From: a virus
Virus record (IMG/VR): IMGVR_UViG_3300028377_000004
Location: 63,575-127,574 of that record
Length of the DNA stretch: 64,000 bases
Reading direction: 5' to 3' (one strand)
Below, piece after piece: positions 63,583 to 64,000 of this stretch; the stretch's first letter is position 1; the number at the start of each line of letters is the position of its first letter. The notes below the pieces were generated by a model. That model made no database searches, had not been told where the DNA came from, and saw only the letters and a list, made by a program, of their open reading frames with translations. The position numbers were made by a program, and so were the translations under genes.

Positions 63583-63613
63583 CTATATACCCTGGCCTCA
63601 TCCAAATTACAAA
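63583..63613 (-). promoter_or_regulatory. Conserved promoter-like motif, copy C (TTTGTAATT-N9-CCAGGGTATATAG)
   Basis: Identical spacing to copies A and B; upstream of the 366-aa gene. Confidence 0.6.
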
Positions 63614-63678
63614 TGTTTCTCAAATAAAGTTTTTGTGAAACCTAGAAACTGACTATCCTCTTACCTGAGAAATCCAAA

Positions 63679-64000
63679 ATGAAAAAAGAATTGATCAGAT
63701 TAGGTTATCAAAATCCCGAACTAAGAGTTCATCTTCGTCCAATCTTGGATGCGGTGTCTAATAAAATTGGTGCTCGTTCTAGTTCTGAGAATATAGCCCT
63801 ATTAGTAGGGCAGGGCAGTATGACCAGCTTCATTTTATATGACATTTCCAAAGTAGAAGAAATGGTACAGGACGAGGACAGATTTTGGGAGGAATTTGAA
63901 GACGTGATCGTAGCTTTCGGAGAGTTAAAAAAGGCTAATTGTAAAGCGGGTCTTTACCAAGTGTCTCGAACTGCTGCCCGGAAAGGCTACGGACCTCTTC
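63679..64000 (+). CDS. Partial protein with N-terminal LIRLGYQNPELR motif and a possible GNAT-like domain
   Basis: MKKELIRLGYQNPELRVHLRPILDAVSNKIGARSS...YQVSRTAARKGYGPL; runs off the window edge. Confidence 0.6.
   Translation, partial: MKKELIRLGYQNPELRVHLRPILDAVSNKIGARSSSENIALLVGQGSMTSFILYDISKVEEMVQDEDRFWEEFEDVIVAFGELKKANCKAGLYQVSRTAARKGYGPL

Noticed and set aside
1963-63627. Many short antisense or overlapping ORFs in the six-frame track (e.g. 20994..21446+, 25107..25727+, 31620..32111+, 45544..45984+, 43281..43682+)
   Set aside because: They lie opposite or inside well-supported genes, show no recognisable motifs and look like shadow frames
1-64000. Alternative genetic code (stop-codon reassignment), as seen in some large phages
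   Set aside because: Conserved genes (thyA, folA, topoisomerase, tape measure) are full length in code 11, and TAA, TAG and TGA all end genes cleanly

Overview
This window is 64 kb of a large tailed dsDNA bacteriophage genome of jumbo myovirus type, read in standard code 11 with genes mostly on the minus strand. From about 1 to 33 kb it is a contractile-tail morphogenesis module. Read from right to left, it holds tail tube, chaperones, tape measure, two tube/baseplate initiators, a hub with a lytic transglycosylase domain, a spike, a putative spike tip, a 2164-aa structural protein, a gp25-like wedge and a truncated baseplate J-like gene. Putative virion-packaged enzymes are interleaved with these genes (an ART-like polyprotein, a zincin, a repeat protein). 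From about 33 to 64 kb it holds replication, nucleotide and accessory genes: metallophosphoesterase, dTMP kinase-like, clamp-like, KptA/Tpt1, FmdB, a split intein-containing DNA methyltransferase, remnants of a second methyltransferase, a GyrA/ParC subunit, a trypsin-like lipoprotein, DHFR, ThyA, a ParB-like protein and many small ORFs. Three observations stand out. (1) A tRNA-Ile2/Met(CAU) gene has its anticodon interrupted by a 52-nt structured insert carrying a second T-arm, in a genome that also encodes a tRNA-splicing-type 2'-phosphotransferase. (2) A portable LIxLGxxNPELRxxLRxIL peptide occurs on four unrelated ORFs, and recurrent K/R-x-A sites delimit domains, suggesting a capsid-loading and processing system for injected effectors. 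(3) The methyltransferase is naturally split and intein-invaded. All family assignments come from motif recognition by eye; no database searches were run.
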